A DNA stretch of 64,000 bases from NCBI GenBank assembly GCA_963835065.1, contig CAWIEK010000051.1, positions 63,799 through 127,798 of the forward strand, written 5' to 3'. A program made the translations under genes and the position numbers. Numbering within the stretch: position 1 is the first letter of the stretch; every line of letters starts with the position of its first letter. This document shows, piece after piece, positions 62,544 through 64,000 of the stretch. This DNA is from an uncultured Chthonomonadaceae bacterium. Lineage in GTDB: Bacteria; Armatimonadota; Chthonomonadetes; Chthonomonadales; Chthonomonadaceae. The notes beneath the pieces were generated by a model that searched no databases, was not told where the DNA came from, and saw only the letters and a program-made list of their open reading frames with translations.

Positions 62544-64000
62544 TTAGAAGTCCGCGCTGCCGGGAGTGCTTGGGAACGGAATCACGTCGCGGATGTTTTT
62601 CATGCCGGTCAGGTACAGCATCAGGCGCTCGAAGCCCAAGCCGAAACCGGCGTGAGGGGCGCTGCCGTACTTGCGCAGTTCCAGATACCACCAGTACGCG
62701 GCCTCGTTCAACTCCTGCTTACGGATTTTTGCGAGCAATACGTCATGGCGTTCTTCACGCTGACTGCCGCCGATAATCTCGCCGATACGCGGAGCCAGCA
62801 CGTCCATCGCCCGCACCGTTTTGTCATCGTCGTTGGCTCGCATGTAAAAGGCTTTGATTTCCTTCGGGTAATCCGTCACAATGACCGGCTTTTTGAACGT
62901 CTGCTCCGTCAAATATCGCTCATGCTCGCTTTGTAAGTCCACGCCCCACCGTACCTCAAACTCGAACGGGTGTCCGCCGTCCCGCGCTTGTTCCAGAATA
63001 CGAATCGCTTCCGTGTACGTCACATGCTCGAAGTCGCTGCTGACGACGTGTTCCAGCGTTTCCAGAACCGTGTTGTCAATGCGCTTGTTGAAGAACTCCA
63101 AATCGGGCAGGCACGAATCCATGACTTTGCCGATGATGCTTTTGAGGAAACTTTCGGCAAGTTCCATATTGCCCTGCAAGTCGCAAAACGCCATTTCCGG
63201 TTCGATCATCCAGAACTCGGCCAGATGGCGCGGCGTGTTGGAGTTTTCCGCCCGAAACGTCGGCCCGAACGTATACACGTTGGAAAAACTAAGCGCGAAA
63301 ATCTCGGCTTCCAATTGCCCACTCACGGTCAGAAACGCCGGCTTGCCGAAAAAATCGGCCTCGTAGTTGATGCGTTCCACCAGTTTAGCATCGGCTTGCC
63401 TGCCGCCCGACGGGTTTTCGCCACTGCCCGCAGAACCCGCACCGGAAGCAGGATGGGAACCACCTTCCCCGCTTCCGCCTTCGGTTCCGCCTTGATGCGC
63501 GGCAGGTTCATCAGGTCGAGCGTGGTCACGCCGAACATCGCGCCCGCGCCCTCCGCGTCGCTTGCCGTGATGATAGGCGTATGCACGTACAAAAAGCCGC
63601 GCTCCTGAAAAAAGCTGTGAATAGCCCACGCCAGCGCGTTGCGAACCCGAAAGACGGCTCCGAACGTGTTGGAACGGGTGCGCAGGTGCGCAATGTCGCG
63701 CAAAAACTCCATCGTATGCCCCTTCTTTTGCAGGGGATACGTGCCCGGATCGGCGCTGCCGTACACTTCGATCTCTTTGGCCTTCAACTCCACGCTTTGC
63801 CCCGCAGCCGGGCTTGCCACCAGTTCGCCGGTGACGCGCAGACACGCGCCCGTCGTCACTTCCTTCAGCGTGTCCTCGGCAATCATGCCCGCATCAATCA
63901 CCACCTGCAAATCGGCAAAACTCGAGCCGTCGTTGAGTTGGGCAAACAACACGCCCTTCTGGTCGCGCCGTGTCTTCACCCATCCATGCGCCGTCACCGT
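62544..64000 (-). CDS. asnS: Asparagine--tRNA ligase, 5' end outside the window, frameshift near 63465
   Basis: [31 protein letters not shown]; then [45 protein letters not shown]. Confidence 0.93.

Overview
About 58% GC bacterial chromosome segment. Gene content suggests Armatimonadota (inference: DUF1559/H-X9-DG prepilin-like genes, futalosine pathway, divergent 16S). Left to right it holds: a LacI-controlled galactan-utilisation locus (Tat-exported glycoside hydrolase, DUF1559 pilin-like protein, small lipoprotein, GH53, sugar ABC binding protein and permeases); a TetR-linked pair of heme-c/copper monooxygenase-like paralogs; APH(6)-like kinase, aldo/keto reductase, lipoprotein serpin, DoxX and an orphan gene; a futalosine menaquinone cluster (UbiD, UbiX, UbiA/MqnP, MqnA) with NUDIX and Ppx/GppA genes inside it; and a large secreted glycoside hydrolase. 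Next is a ~16-kb minus-strand cluster that is the best candidate for an undescribed system: a giant PA/M28-pseudopeptidase-FtsX fusion, OPT-like transporter, PqqD/RRE protein, small FtsX permease, ABC ATPase and a His-less PTS enzyme I-like protein, interrupted by a Y1 transposase with flanking repeats. Then come a hydrolase, GT-C, serC, GT2, a complete minus-strand rRNA operon, a DNA methyltransferase, a beta-helix protein, TA-like remnants and asnS. The rRNA operon is unusual: five insertions built from the same 7-mer tandem-repeat elements found between genes, an extra atypical tRNA(CAT) in the spacer, an internal promoter before 23S, three tandem upstream promoters, and long complementary 23S flanks. 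Several single-base frameshifts, including one in asnS, most likely reflect assembly indels. All product calls come from motif recognition; no searches were run.
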